NCBI GenBank assembly: GCA_009103225.1
Contig: RHPI01002533.1
Span: forward strand, 1,295,842 to 1,359,841
DNA length: 64,000 nt
From: Chlorokybus atmophyticus
Lineage: Eukaryota; Plantae; Mesostigma and Chlorokybus algae
Direction: 5' to 3'
Notes under the pieces: generated by a model
Told to the model about the DNA's origin: nothing
Database searches by the model: none
The model's input: only the letters and a program-made list of their open reading frames with translations
Shown here: piece by piece, positions 24,604 through 36,181 of the stretch
Layout: each line of letters begins with the position of its first letter
Position numbering within the stretch: the stretch's first letter is position 1
Made by a program: the position numbers and the translations under genes

Positions 24604-26144
24604 TCACCCGTCAATCCCAAGGTACCGAAACTCCGCCCCGCACTCGGCCCCCTCCGTAATAACCACACTACTGGCAACATCCCCATCAACTCCACCACCA
24701 CCTCCTCCCCCCTTCCCTCCCGCAATGACACGCATCCCCACCCGTGCAGCCGCATCCCCAACCACGCCCGCGCACCCCTCCCCGCACGCCTCCACGCCCA
24801 CGGCTCCGAGCGAGGACGCCAGCATGTTGACCAGGCGCTTGTCCACGTCGGCGGGGGCGACATTGAGCGTGCGGGCAAGGAGGCGCCGGGCCGCGTCGGG
24901 GTCAAGGCGCGCGTGCACCACCGCATTGACACGCTGGAGAATGAGGGTTGGCAAGGAGGATAGAGTGGAGATCAACTCCAGGGACTTGTGAGGACCCACG
25001 CCGGGGAAAAACAGGAAGAAACAGCTCTGCGAGAGTGTGATGTTGGGGATGTGGTGAGCACGGCGACGAAGCGCTTGTTATGCATACCATTGAGTTACCT
25101 GTCCGTGCGGTGGTGGGCGATCGCCCCATGTCGTGATTAGATACTGTCAAGCACACAACATTGGATGAGGATAGGGCGCCAAAGACCAAGGCTGATGCAG
25201 AGAGTTTGGCAAGATAACGAACCAGCACAACAACAGCAGCACACAGTTGCTGTTGTTGTTTATTGACATATCTGCAACAATGCCAGCAGAAACAACCCAT
25301 ACCGGTGTTGGGTTCTGCAGGCACGATTCCGGCGGCCAAGGCCCCAGGAGAGACTCCACCGCCAAATCCTGCGCGCAGTTGTCGTGATGAACATCAACCC
25401 CAAAGTAGCCGTCAAACTGCATTGAAGGAAACAACGCAACCCAACCCAACCCAACTGTCTCACCGGCGGCAAGAAGTCCCAGTTGCGTCGGTGCGCGTGT
25501 GAGGGCGTGAAGTCATGAACATGGCTCCAGAAGTTCACGAGCGGGTTAAGCCCGCATGCGTTCATCTGCTCCGCCAAGCCCGCGTATGCCACATCACAAC
25601 ACCCGAACCGCAACGACTCGGATGACTCGATGACCGGCCTCGTGGCGCACGCGAGCGCAAAATCACAACCCTTACAATCGCGCGTGCGAAACTGCCGACA
25701 GATGGATGAGAGTTTCGTGTCCACGCAGTCACGCACGAACACGGAGCCTTCTGTTGGGCCAACAAACACGCGGCAGTTGCGACACGCGTCCACCGTGACG
25801 GTTGCGCAGCAGTCAAGCAGGAAGATGGCGCAGTCCACGCACTCTTCGATCACAAACTGTTGGCCCGCGATCGAGCCCGGTGGCTTCACGCGCACCTCGC
25901 CTTTGAGACCAGCGAACACAAAGTCACGCGGGTCCAACGCGGGCTTCAGCTGTTGGGCTACTACTTGTGTCTGTTGTGGCTGTACTTGTGTTTGTGGGTG
26001 TAATTGCGTGTGCTGATCGGGCTTGGTGATGATGTTGGCGTCATCATGTGTGCCATTGACGCGGTAGGTTGCAGCGCGCTTGCTGTTGGTCTTCGCCCCT
26101 CCTTTGCCAGTGCATGAAGAGAGGGACGATGTGCATGCACCCAT
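24604..26144 (-). CDS. RP2: RP2/XRP2 orthologue (TBCC domain + degenerate NDK-like domain; Arl3 GAP)
   Basis: MGACTSS dual-acylation N-terminus; GSIAGQQFVIEEC; GPTEGSVFVRDC; CRQFRTRDC (catalytic Gln and Arg finger); PVIESS; NFWSHVHDFTP. The C-terminal exon ESCFFLFFPG...VGVEACGEGC aligns by eye with the RP2 NDK-like domain. Confidence 0.9.
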
Positions 26145-26975
26145 TGCTGAAGTTGCAAAAGTCAATAGCGGCGGCGTGTCAACGCAACCGCCGAGACGCA
26201 ATGCGGGGGCGATGCTGAGCGCGTTTTCTCAACATTGCATCGACTGGTTGTGCTGTCAGCAGTGAGTCTGATGCTCTCGCTAGCTCAGTCTTCTTTGGAT
26301 CCATCATCAACGTCATGCGGTTGCGTGTATGCTTTCAAACAGCTTTGAAACAGGATGAACTGAATCGCTGCATGTATGGCGTTGGTCTGCACATACAAGT
26401 GTTGTGTGAAAAGTTGTGCTAAGAGGCTTGCCATGCTAAGCACACAAACAGCGCAACCGATCGCCTGAGACAATGCAACAGATGTAGCTGTAATCTGGTG
26501 GGTGAATCGACACCCCAGACCAGGCAGAGGCATTCGTATAATGCCAACGCCAGCTCTCAACCGGGTGTTCAAATACGACGATCAAACAAAGGAAATCAAC
26601 AACTTCATGGGTGGATGACAGGCCATCAAGTTGGAGTCAACCACCAAGCATTCCATTTGCTAAAGACAAGCACATGACTTGTGAGAAGAATGGCTCAGGC
26701 TGACAGTCGCTGACCTGGGCGATGTACCGCCTTCAGGCAGCCACCCACTGCTTGTAGGTCTTAGATACCCGCATGCTTGTCACCAATGCCACCTCCACCC
26801 TTGCCTCTATGGACCGCCTCCTCCGCCTCCCCGCCGCCTTTGCTTGTGCCACGTGTCAGGCAACAAACGGGCGTAACTCAATCGCTAAGCAGCCGTATCT
26901 TGGTTGTTACCATTACGCAAGATCATTGATGGCGTATTGGCGATTACGAAGTGAGCCATAGTGTAAGCCAGCAAC

Positions 26976-28226
26976 ATGGCGGCGGCGGCGGTGGTGTTGG
27001 GCTTGAGGCCGCATATGCTTCCAGCTACAGGAATGGCGTTGTGCTGCGCTCCTGCTCCAGCGCTCAAAGCCTCGTCAAGGAGGGCGCCATGGCCAAGCTT
27101 ACGCTGGCGACGGCGGCCAGCCACCGCTGCCGCTGCGCAGCAGAGTGCCGGCGGCGGCGGCGGCGGCGGCGGCTTTGGCAGGCGAACTCCCTCAGGTGTG
27201 ACGACCATCTGCCTGCATTGCATACGTCATTTGAACGTGATCACTGCCACATTCCCCCACTCGCAAGGCCAGGACTCCCTGCCTTGTGTGCATGCAATCG
27301 CACCAATGCCACTTGCCTAGCATGATAGCATGGTGACACTGCATGCAAGATTGCATTGGTACAAACCTTCGTTATACCAATGCTGCCTCGCGAGTACAAG
27401 TACATGCATGCAGCGCTGGTTTTCACCACACTGAGCGAATGCTGTCGTGAATGCGGGCATCTTACTCTAAATACCAATGCATCATTCAACGCTGTTTACT
27501 TCCAACGCTGTACAGTAGTAGTGAGTGTCTGTGCGCACAGTGCAGCAGGCGCGTAAGCTGCAGCTCGAGGCGTCGGAGGTGCTGGCGGAGCTCATGAAGG
27601 CCGCGAACCCCACCACCGCCGCCGCCGCGCGCTCCGACGACCTCACCCCGGAGTTCTTCACCGTCGCCTCCGCCTACCTCGACATGGCCAAAAAGGAAGG
27701 CAACCCTGAGGTCAGTCGCAGGCTTGTGTTGTTGTCTCTCAAGTGGCCCGGTATGCTGTAAGATTGCTAAACTTCACAAGTGCGCACACCCTCGGGCGCA
27801 CATGCCTGCTCGCATGTGCGCACGTGCGTGCACACGCACATACATCGCATACACGCACACACATGCACCCGGCACGCACACAACTCATTGACGTATGTGG
27901 ACTCGCAGATTGTGGCAAAGATTGAGTTATGCATAGGGGCGGCTTTAGCAGAGAAGGAGAGGACGCTAAGGCCAGAGATTAGGCTGCTCAATGCGTTGAT
28001 GCGCACTGGGGCCAAGCCCGCAGCCGCGCGGGAGGCCATCCTGGAGGAGCACAGGGAGCTTGTAGAGGACACGAGCAGCGGCTACTTCTACACGCTCGTG
28101 GGGCGCGTGCGTGGCGACCTCAAGGCGCAGCCTCGCAGCGACGCCCGCGACGCCAACCTCGCCCTCCTCGATGCTGTTGACAGTGAGGCACGCGCTCTCG
28201 CTGCTCGGCGGCCTGCCTCCTCGTGA
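26976..28226 (+). CDS. Unknown, probably plastid-targeted helical protein (3 exons)
   Basis: Exon 1 is transit-peptide-like (MAAAAVVLGLRP..SLRWRRRPATAAAA). Exon 2 reads ARKLQLEASEVLAELMK..LTPEFFTVASAYLDMAKKEGNPE. Exon 3 reads IVAKIELCIGAALAEKERTLRPEIRLLNALMR. Splice sites are canonical. Confidence 0.7.
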
Positions 28227-29038
28227 CATCAATTGTGTTCATTGTTTAGAAAGTACAACATATAGGATGCTAGGATTGTGGCATGCATGAGAGTTTGAGA
28301 CATGCAACGCAAGAAACACACCACAACACTCAACCACATTCACCACCGGGTTCAACCTACTCGCTACCTAGCTTCACTACTAGCCCAACCCCGTTAGACA
28401 TGCAGGCAGGCATGCACGCGCCATTACCTGTGACACCACTCGACACATCAGTCTTGGGCCAGGCGACACTGACCACAACGACCGGTGGACTCCTCCCGCC
28501 GCCTCTCTGCCACCCTTCACCGACCGCCACAACTGCCGTTGCTGCCGACTATCGGTCTCCACGCTGCCGCGCGCTTAGGGTTTGGTCAGCCGTACCATAC
28601 GCATGCACTGCCATGCATATGGTAGTGCATGCGTATGGTCGTGGTTGTGGTCATGTGTTTGTGAGTTTGGTGTACTGTGTATCTCGGTTTTGCTGCAGCG
28701 GCTTGACTAAGCAGTTGCGTAATCACGATGTTTTTGTAGCAGTGTGAGACGTCTTGCGTGGGTAGACGACAGTGTCGTAAGGGCCGTTGCGAGGGAAGAT
28801 GGCCCGTAGCAACCTGCAGATGTACTGACATTGATGTGAACTTGTTACTGATAGTCCACATCTCTCCTAGTTTAATTAAGTACAGGTTAAGCAATGTGAG
28901 GTGATAACCTTTTGGGTAGTGGTTGCCTTGCCCAAATTTTGCCCAAACCTTGCAACATAATTGAACAGATTGTGCCTATGTACACCCCTACATGTGGGTG
29001 GAGTCCAATAATGGCATTGGATACCCACCGCAACCACA

Positions 29039-30689
29039 CTAGCTCTTTCTCCGCCGCATCATCTCTCCCATAAGGCCTCCCATGCCACCGGGCATCATAC
29101 CCAGCATGCCCATTGGTGGGCCACCAACGACCCGTGGACTCTTCAAGCGCAGTGAGCCAATCACCTCGCGCGTCTTGCCAAAGTATACCTGTTGGCGTGT
29201 AGTGCTTGGGTAATCTCAACAAGGCTACGGCCATACGATGGTTAATGAAAACCTAGCCCGAAGTCACTGTAAACTGCACAAGTGCGGCAACTGGGCTGCA
29301 TGCGTTCAAGGCAGCCAGAACATACCTCATCCATGGTGTTGCGCAGCTTTGCTTCCATTTCCTCAATCAATTTACCAATGTTCACTAGATGCCCTTCCCG
29401 ATTCTCGCACACCTGCTCTGCCTGTGCAAACATCCAGCTGTCAGCAAATGGGAGACATACAAGCACACAAGCAGATACCTCAGTGCAAGCCTAACCTGTC
29501 TTGTGAGGGAGCCTGACACACTGTTTAAGCCTGTTTTCTGGCTGCGTGTCGTGAGTGATAGCATGACAGTACTTGTTAATCTGTACAAGGACTGAGACTT
29601 GCTGGCTGGTTCCACCTGAGCAAAGTACAATCAGCAAACCATCCTGGCCATAGCAGTGTCACAATCACACGTAGGTTTGTAATGCACCTCAACTACATGG
29701 ATGGCGTCCCAACTGCCGCTCTCCAGCGTGACGGGTCTGGCCTCAACACCTTCTGCGTCGTTTGAAGGTTGTTGACCTGTGGCTTCTTTCTTTATCAAGA
29801 AGCACGCAGCAAAGGATGCCGGCAGTGCCTCCGGCGACGCGGTCTCTGCCGGTTCTTCCAGATCCCACAGGTATGCTGAAGAGACGCCACCACCATGGTA
29901 TGCATGCCTGTACGCATCCCAAACCTGCCATGCCAACAATGGTAACTCAGTGGAATAACGCCATTGTTGTAAGCAGCCACCTGTACAGGGTGTCATGGTC
30001 ATGGTCATGGTCATGGTCATGGTCATGGTCAACTTCACATAGCGCAAAGTATATGCAGTTGAAGCACAGAATGCTGCGATTGCTATGTGAGTGCAATGCC
30101 GGAGTGCAGCAGTCATGCATTGTCCCAATGCAATGGACGCCGTGCGTAGCTACAACCAAGACATTGGTCTTGGTGCTTGAAATCTGCTAACATGCAGGTC
30201 AAACTGCATGCCCGATGCCAGCGTGCACAATGAAGCGACAACCGCTGACAAGACTGTCGTAATGCATGTACATAGCTCCCCTCGCGCATAACTTCAGTAC
30301 TACATTCAATGATGTCAGCTCACATAATTGGCTTCAATCTCCAACGCACGCAATGCAGGTGAGGGGGCGTGCCCGCCAGGATCCGGCAGCGGTGGGTAGT
30401 AGCGCCCAGACCACGGCGACCTGTGGGAGCTCCCTTCCCTGTTGTACACGCAAGCTAGAAAGGCCCGCCGTTCGTCGCTGCTGTCACCGCTGTCCTCCGG
30501 CACCACAAGCACACCGGCCCTATCCACCCTGCTGGACAGCTCCTCGGCCAGCTCCGGGTCGTCCACCAGCTCCATCAGCGCGTCCAGGGCCTCCCCGGAC
30601 GGCACCGCGCCGGGATCAGACCTGCGCAGCAGGTCCAAGCTGGCCTCCAATGCGACCGCCCGCCCACCATCCTCGCCGCCATGCTCCAT
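29039..30689 (-). CDS. CPB: F-actin capping protein beta subunit
   Basis: ASLDLLRR, FLACVYNREGSSHRSPWSGRYYPPL, PSPALRALEIEAN, GGVSSAYLWDL, GSWDAIHVVEV, YRLTSTVMLSL, SGSLTRQ, HLVNIGKLIEEMEAKLRNTMDEVYFGKTREVIGSLR. Confidence 0.96.
29992..30030. repeat. (GTCATG)6.5 microsatellite in a CPB intron
   Basis: Perfect hexanucleotide tandem, directly visible. Confidence 0.95.
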
Positions 30690-30791
30690 GACCTCCTCGC
30701 CCACACCCGCAATGACAAACCCCACAAAAGTCCACTGCATTGGTTCAAAAGTGGCGCCAGCAGCAAACGGCCCGCCGCATGACGCTACTCC

Positions 30792-30807
30792 AAACCCTAG
30801 CCCTAAT
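30792..30807 (+). promoter_or_regulatory. Telo-box (AAACCCTA) overlapping AGCCCTAAT in the CPB/nucleolin divergent region
   Basis: Sequence caaaccctagccctaatc. Telo-boxes are established cis-elements of plant ribosome-biogenesis genes. Confidence 0.55.
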
Positions 30808-31275
30808 CACGTATGCGGCGGGCCGGCTGTCACCGCGGCGGCGGCGGCCGCCGCTTTGAGAGATATCTATGACCGGTTGCCAGCCGGCCGCCACAGCGGG
30901 ACGAACTTTTGATCCGTCATTGAGAACAAAAATCTTCTGTGGCTCAGTTCAAGCTCTAGCGTCGGATTCCAACAGTGCAGTCCGCGTACCTTTGGGGAAC
31001 GGTGCTGAAGAAAAGAGTTGTCGCTGTGCCGAAAGTAAAGTGCGAGAAAAGTGTTCCGGACAAACGGGCATGAATGCTGTGCCCGCGCGCCTAGCGTAGG
31101 TCTTTAGCTTGACTTGCCGCCGCCGCCGCCGCCAGCAGTGAGGCGCAGTGAGGAGTTTTTGTGCGACGTTCACAGCTGGAGGGCTGCGTCGGGTTGGAGT
31201 GCTACTGGTGGAGGAGTGGTTGCAGGGGTGGAAGGTTGGTTGCCAGGTTGCGCGCGTGCGTGCAGAGCAGCAGCG

Positions 31276-34057
31276 ATGCCGAGAACTAAGAAAGACGTGA
31301 AGGTGAGCTGCCGTCATGCTTTTCTCTTGTTTAGCTGTCTGCCGGTGTCTGTTATCCTTGTTCTTCGTGTTGATTTTGTGCGAAAGCTGAGCATGTCGGC
31401 ACGGCTGCAGGATGCACTCATCGCTCACCAGCAGAAGACGGCGCAGATAGAGAAGGGTGCGCATGGCTGCTGTTTTGGTGTTGCGAAAGCATTGGTGCTG
31501 CATGCTTGTGGCATTGCTCTTGTCATGTGTGGACAGTCCCGACACTTGGCACTTAACTTGGTTCAGTCATCCCATGCCATGCGAGTCTTCATGCATGCTT
31601 CTGTGACATGTGCAGAAAGAAAAGAGCGAGCTGCCCAGCTGGAAGCAGAGGCCGACGCCCGCGAGGCGAAGAGGGAAGCCATGAACGGCGGAGGCAAAAA
31701 GCAGAAGAAGGCTCCTGCCAAGCCTCCGCCCCCGCCGGAGGAGTCCGACGATGATGACAGCGACGAGGACGAGTCTGACGAGGAGCCCGCAAAGCAGGTT
31801 GGTGCATTGGCGTGCATGTCTTGTAGAGTGCTGCAATTGATTATTGCCAGTGTGCTTTATCACAGCATGCAAATTGGTGTTGAGCTTTGCAGTTAACAAC
31901 GTGTGCTTGCACCACCAGGCGCCCAAGAAGCCCACTCCAGCGCCAGCAAAGAAGGGAGCTGCCAAGCCAGTTGCGAAGCAGGAGTCTTCAGACGATGATG
32001 ACGACGAAGATGAGGATGATTCAGATGACGAAGACGAGCAGCCGGTAATGATAGGTTTGCTGTCGCTATGTCAGCCATAGTATGTACATTGTGCAGCTAC
32101 ATACCAACTTGTCATTGGAGTGTTCTCATGTTGATTGGTTACACAGGCAAAGAAGCCAGCTGCAGCTGCTAAGAAGCCTGCAGCCAAGCAGGAGTCATCA
32201 GATGAAGAAGAGAGTGAGGAGGAGAGTGAAGAAGAGGTGAGTGAGGCATATTGGCCGTGTGCTGCCCTGCACATGTGTGGGGAGCAGGCAGCTGAGTATG
32301 TCCATTTGCCTCACAGGCGCCCAAGAAGGCTCCAGCCAAGGCTACTCCTGCAAAGAAGGCTGCGCTAGCAAAGCAGGATGAGGACGATGAGGACGACGAT
32401 GACGAGGATGATGACGAGGATGACGATGAGGATGACGAGGTGAGCACTCCACATGCTTTGTGTCCAGATACGAGTTGTTCTTCACTCGCATGCATGCTAA
32501 TTGAGCCACAGTGGCGCAAAGCACGTACTTAGCAGGCTGCACATGGTCAGTTGCATGTTGCTAGCAGTATTACTAATTGTGCTTGCTCTTGTACAGCCCG
32601 CTGCCAAGAAGAAGCCCGTTGCCAAGCCTTCTCCCGCCAAGCCTGCAGCAAAGAAGAGCAAAGATGATGACGAAGACGATGACGAAGACGACGACGAAGA
32701 TGATGATGAGGATGACGAGGAGGATAAGGTGCGCAGTTGTAACTCTGCCATTTATACGGGCCTTCGCATTGTCTGTCAGCAATAGCTCCCCGCAGTTTTT
32801 GTCACATGCTGTTACCTGGCGGCTTGCACTATCTTGCAATGCAATATGACACTTTGTCATACAGCCCACTGCGATGGACAAAGATGATGACGAGGATGAG
32901 GATGAGGATGAAGAAGAGGAGAAAGAGGAGAAGACGCAATCTAAGAAGCGCAAAGCAGATGAGACTGCCGCCCCTGCTGCAAAGAAAAACAAGGCTGAGG
33001 ATGAGGACGCAGCAGGAGAATCGTCAACGATTTTTGTTAAGAACCTGCCATGGGCTGCAGATCAAGACTCACTGTAAGATGTTGTGGGTGTAGTTGTCGT
33101 AGGTCAGAGTAGTTGTGCAATGTGCGTTGTGCTTAATGGTGGCTATCCTATGCGCAGTTCCGAATTCTTCGCCGACTGTGGAGAGGTTACTGATGTCCGG
33201 GTTGCTGTGGGTGAGGACGGGCGGTCAAGAGGCTTTGGCCACATCCAGTTTGCATCATCAGCCGCGGCCAAGAAGGCACTGAAGAAGAGCGGACAGGATT
33301 TCAACGGCAGGGAGCTGTTCATTGACCTTGCACAGGAGCGTGGGGGCGGTGGTGGCGGCGACAGGCGCCAGTCCAACGGCTTCACTCCAGGAAAGAGCCC
33401 TGGCAGTGCAGGACGAGGAGATAGGGGCCCTTCTGTGTTTGTGAAGAACTTTGACAAGTACCAGGGCGAGGACGATATCCGCAACCAGCTGTCTGAGGCT
33501 TTCGCTGAGTGCGGGGAGGTTGTCAACGTGCGCATCCCCACCGACAGAGAGAGTGGAGAGATCAAGGGCTTCGCCTTTGTGGAGTTCTCATCAGAAGACG
33601 CCCTTGCCAAGGCGAGCGAGCTTAACGGCATGGAAGTCGGAGGGCGTAACATTGTTGTGGATGCCAGCGGCGGCGGTGGCGGTGGCGGCGGAGGGGGTGG
33701 CTTCAGTGGTGGCCGCGGTGGTGGGTTTGGCGGCCGTGGTGGCGGTCGCGGCGGCTACGGTGATCGGGGTGGACGTGGTGGTCGTGGGGGCCGTGGCGGC
33801 TTTGGTGGTGATAGGGGTGGACGTGGGGGTCGTGGGGGCCGCGGTGGCTTTGGTGATCGGGGTGGACGCGGTGGTGGCCGTGGAGGCGGCCGCGGTGGGT
33901 TCTCAAAGCCCAACATGGCAGCACCTGGCACAGGTACTGGGTGTGCTATTTTTGCATGTTCCTTTGTGTTTAGCATAGCTGTTTCAACCCCAGCAGAAGT
34001 GTGCGCATGCTGACTGGCTTGCTCGCAGGCAAGAAGATCACGTTTGGAGAGGATTAG
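31276..34057 (+). CDS. NCL: Nucleolin (plant/yeast NSR1 type: acidic/basic repeats, 2 RRMs, GAR tail)
   Basis: Alternating K/A/P-rich and D/E/S-rich exons. RRM1 TIFVKNLPW..RSRGFGHIQF; RRM2 SVFVKNFD..EIKGFAFVEF. RGG repeats at 33700-33900, ending GKKITFGED*. Confidence 0.96.
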
Positions 34058-36181
34058 AGCTGTCGTACTCACTTGTTAGGTGCTGGTTAGCTCATATTGT
34101 ATTCAACACTGCTCTCATAGAGTTTGACACAAAGTGCTTTTGAGGGCACTCGGTTGCTTCTGTTGTTTCTTTCTTTAGCTGGAGTACTTGACGGTGTGCT
34201 CATACATACTTGACACACGCACATGCACTCGATTGATTGGGTTGCAAGCATGGAGGGTTGCGGCATACCAGTTCATGCCAAGCACATCTAGACCAGAAGT
34301 TCTGCACAAAGCATCCCAGTCATGTTTTGTTCTGGTGAGCTATGCTATTCTAGCAACAATGACATCACAATGACTGCGTCACTTGCGCTAGTCGGTGGGG
34401 TTGATGAGGTACACAGGCAGCAGGCATCATGAGCTTAGTGCTGAGAACCATAATCCTTGCATGCTTTATATCATACACAAAACTGCCTCGAGCATATCCT
34501 GTAAAGTGCGCAGCTGCCTACCCAGTACACAGTCACATGAATATAAAGTTGTAACTTGACTTCACAGTTGCATACTAGGTGCATCAAAATGCTCTCAGCA
34601 GTGCTTCCCTTTGTCAAAGTACACATGGCTGCCATCCATGTGTACAAGTACAGTCTCCGAGACTGCTTTGCAGCTCATTGCTGCTACTAGCAATGGTCGT
34701 GCATCGTACGATTGTCTGCTACGACCAGCACCCTAACGCTGCGTCTACACCTTTGGCGGCGCTCGCACTGATCAGTTCACGGGGGGTTGACGTGTAAGTC
34801 AGGGGCTGCTTGCATGAGCTTTGCTTTGCCTTGGCGTAACATGTAACTACTGCCCGGTCAGCAATCGGTGATGTAATTGCTATTGCCTTAACTGATATTG
34901 ATTTATGAACAACTGGAGCTAACATGCCACTCTGATCCTAAGCTGCTAACCAGCAGGCGTTGCGTGCGGAGCAGTAGTGAGTCCTGGTGGGACCAGTGCA
35001 GCATACTTCAACAACTGGCGGCGGCCTAGTGGGAGCGGCGGCCAAGCAGTCGTTGCAGTTGTCAGCGTCGTCGACGTCGTGCATGGCCTTGCTCTACCAG
35101 ACAACCCGGACTGACCCATCCCTCTGCCTCTCCCCCTGCGCACTGCAAATTGTTCCCTGCTTGGTTCTTGCCCGCTTGCCCCTGCTCTGCTACCTGAGGG
35201 TCTGAGTGGTTGGTCCTAGTGTTGGTCTTGAGTGCGTAAGTCTACGTTGTAAGCTCTGCTTGGCCCCCCCGCCTAATTGATTGTTGCTTACCTGTTGTGC
35301 TGGACTTGTGACTGCTGATGGCATTTCGCACGCACATCTACCCACAGAGTCTGCTTCGCGCAACTCTGGGGCGGGCGGCATAGCATTGAGCACTGCACAT
35401 CACCGCACTTGTCTTGCCGCTTCTTGCTTCTGCCACTGCTGCTGCTCCGCTTCTCAAAGACTCACCATTGCCTCCTGCCTGTGATTCACAGGTTGGTTAT
35501 GCCGTTGGTGGTTGCTGCTGCCTCCTGCTGCGCGACACTTGCACAGCACATATGGCATTAAGTGTGGTGTAGGTTAGGTGAATTCCTCGCGTGGAATAGT
35601 TGTATTTGCTTGTTCATACTAGCTTGTTCCTTTATGCTGTGTGTTTGCACTTTGAGCATGTGTGCGTGACTTGGGATGACTTCGATGTATACCCTACGCT
35701 CAACACCGGCGTTTGTCAGACATCTAGTGGCAAAGTGATACTTCAGTTGACTTTTGTCGGTGATTCGTAGCAGGGCTTGCGCTGACCTAGCACTACCACT
35801 AGAAGTACACGAGAAGCACATACGCGCATGTAAAGCGCTGTAAGGGATGGCAGTTGGACCCTGGCAAACATGCATATCAATATTTCCTTCTGCAACCGTC
35901 CATCACAATGGCACACGACCCAGTACAGCTGTGCACAGCAACCCCACAGGACGTACAGTGGTGCAGCTGACAATCATTGTTGGCAGCATGAACCTCATGA
36001 TGGGCATGTCCAGCTCCTCCTAGCTGTCGCACAACAAGGTGGAAGAGCCAATCTGCTACCAGTTAATGTACCCCTGGCAGCCCCTTGCACAGGGTATCCA
36101 TTGGAACGAAAACCCAATACTGTCGTGCGCTGCTATTGGAGTGTGCACTGGTGTCTCACAAGCTCGGGCATAGCAGGCGTG

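Noticed and set aside
26275-26295. TAGCTCAGT, resembling a tRNA D-arm
   Set aside because: No GG, no T-arm (GTTCRA) and no cloverleaf.
31740-33900. Regular repeats in nucleolin (GAY/GAR runs, GGTGGCCGT units) as possible array or CRISPR
   Set aside because: They are codon-level repeats encoding acidic and RGG domains, with no repeat-spacer structure.
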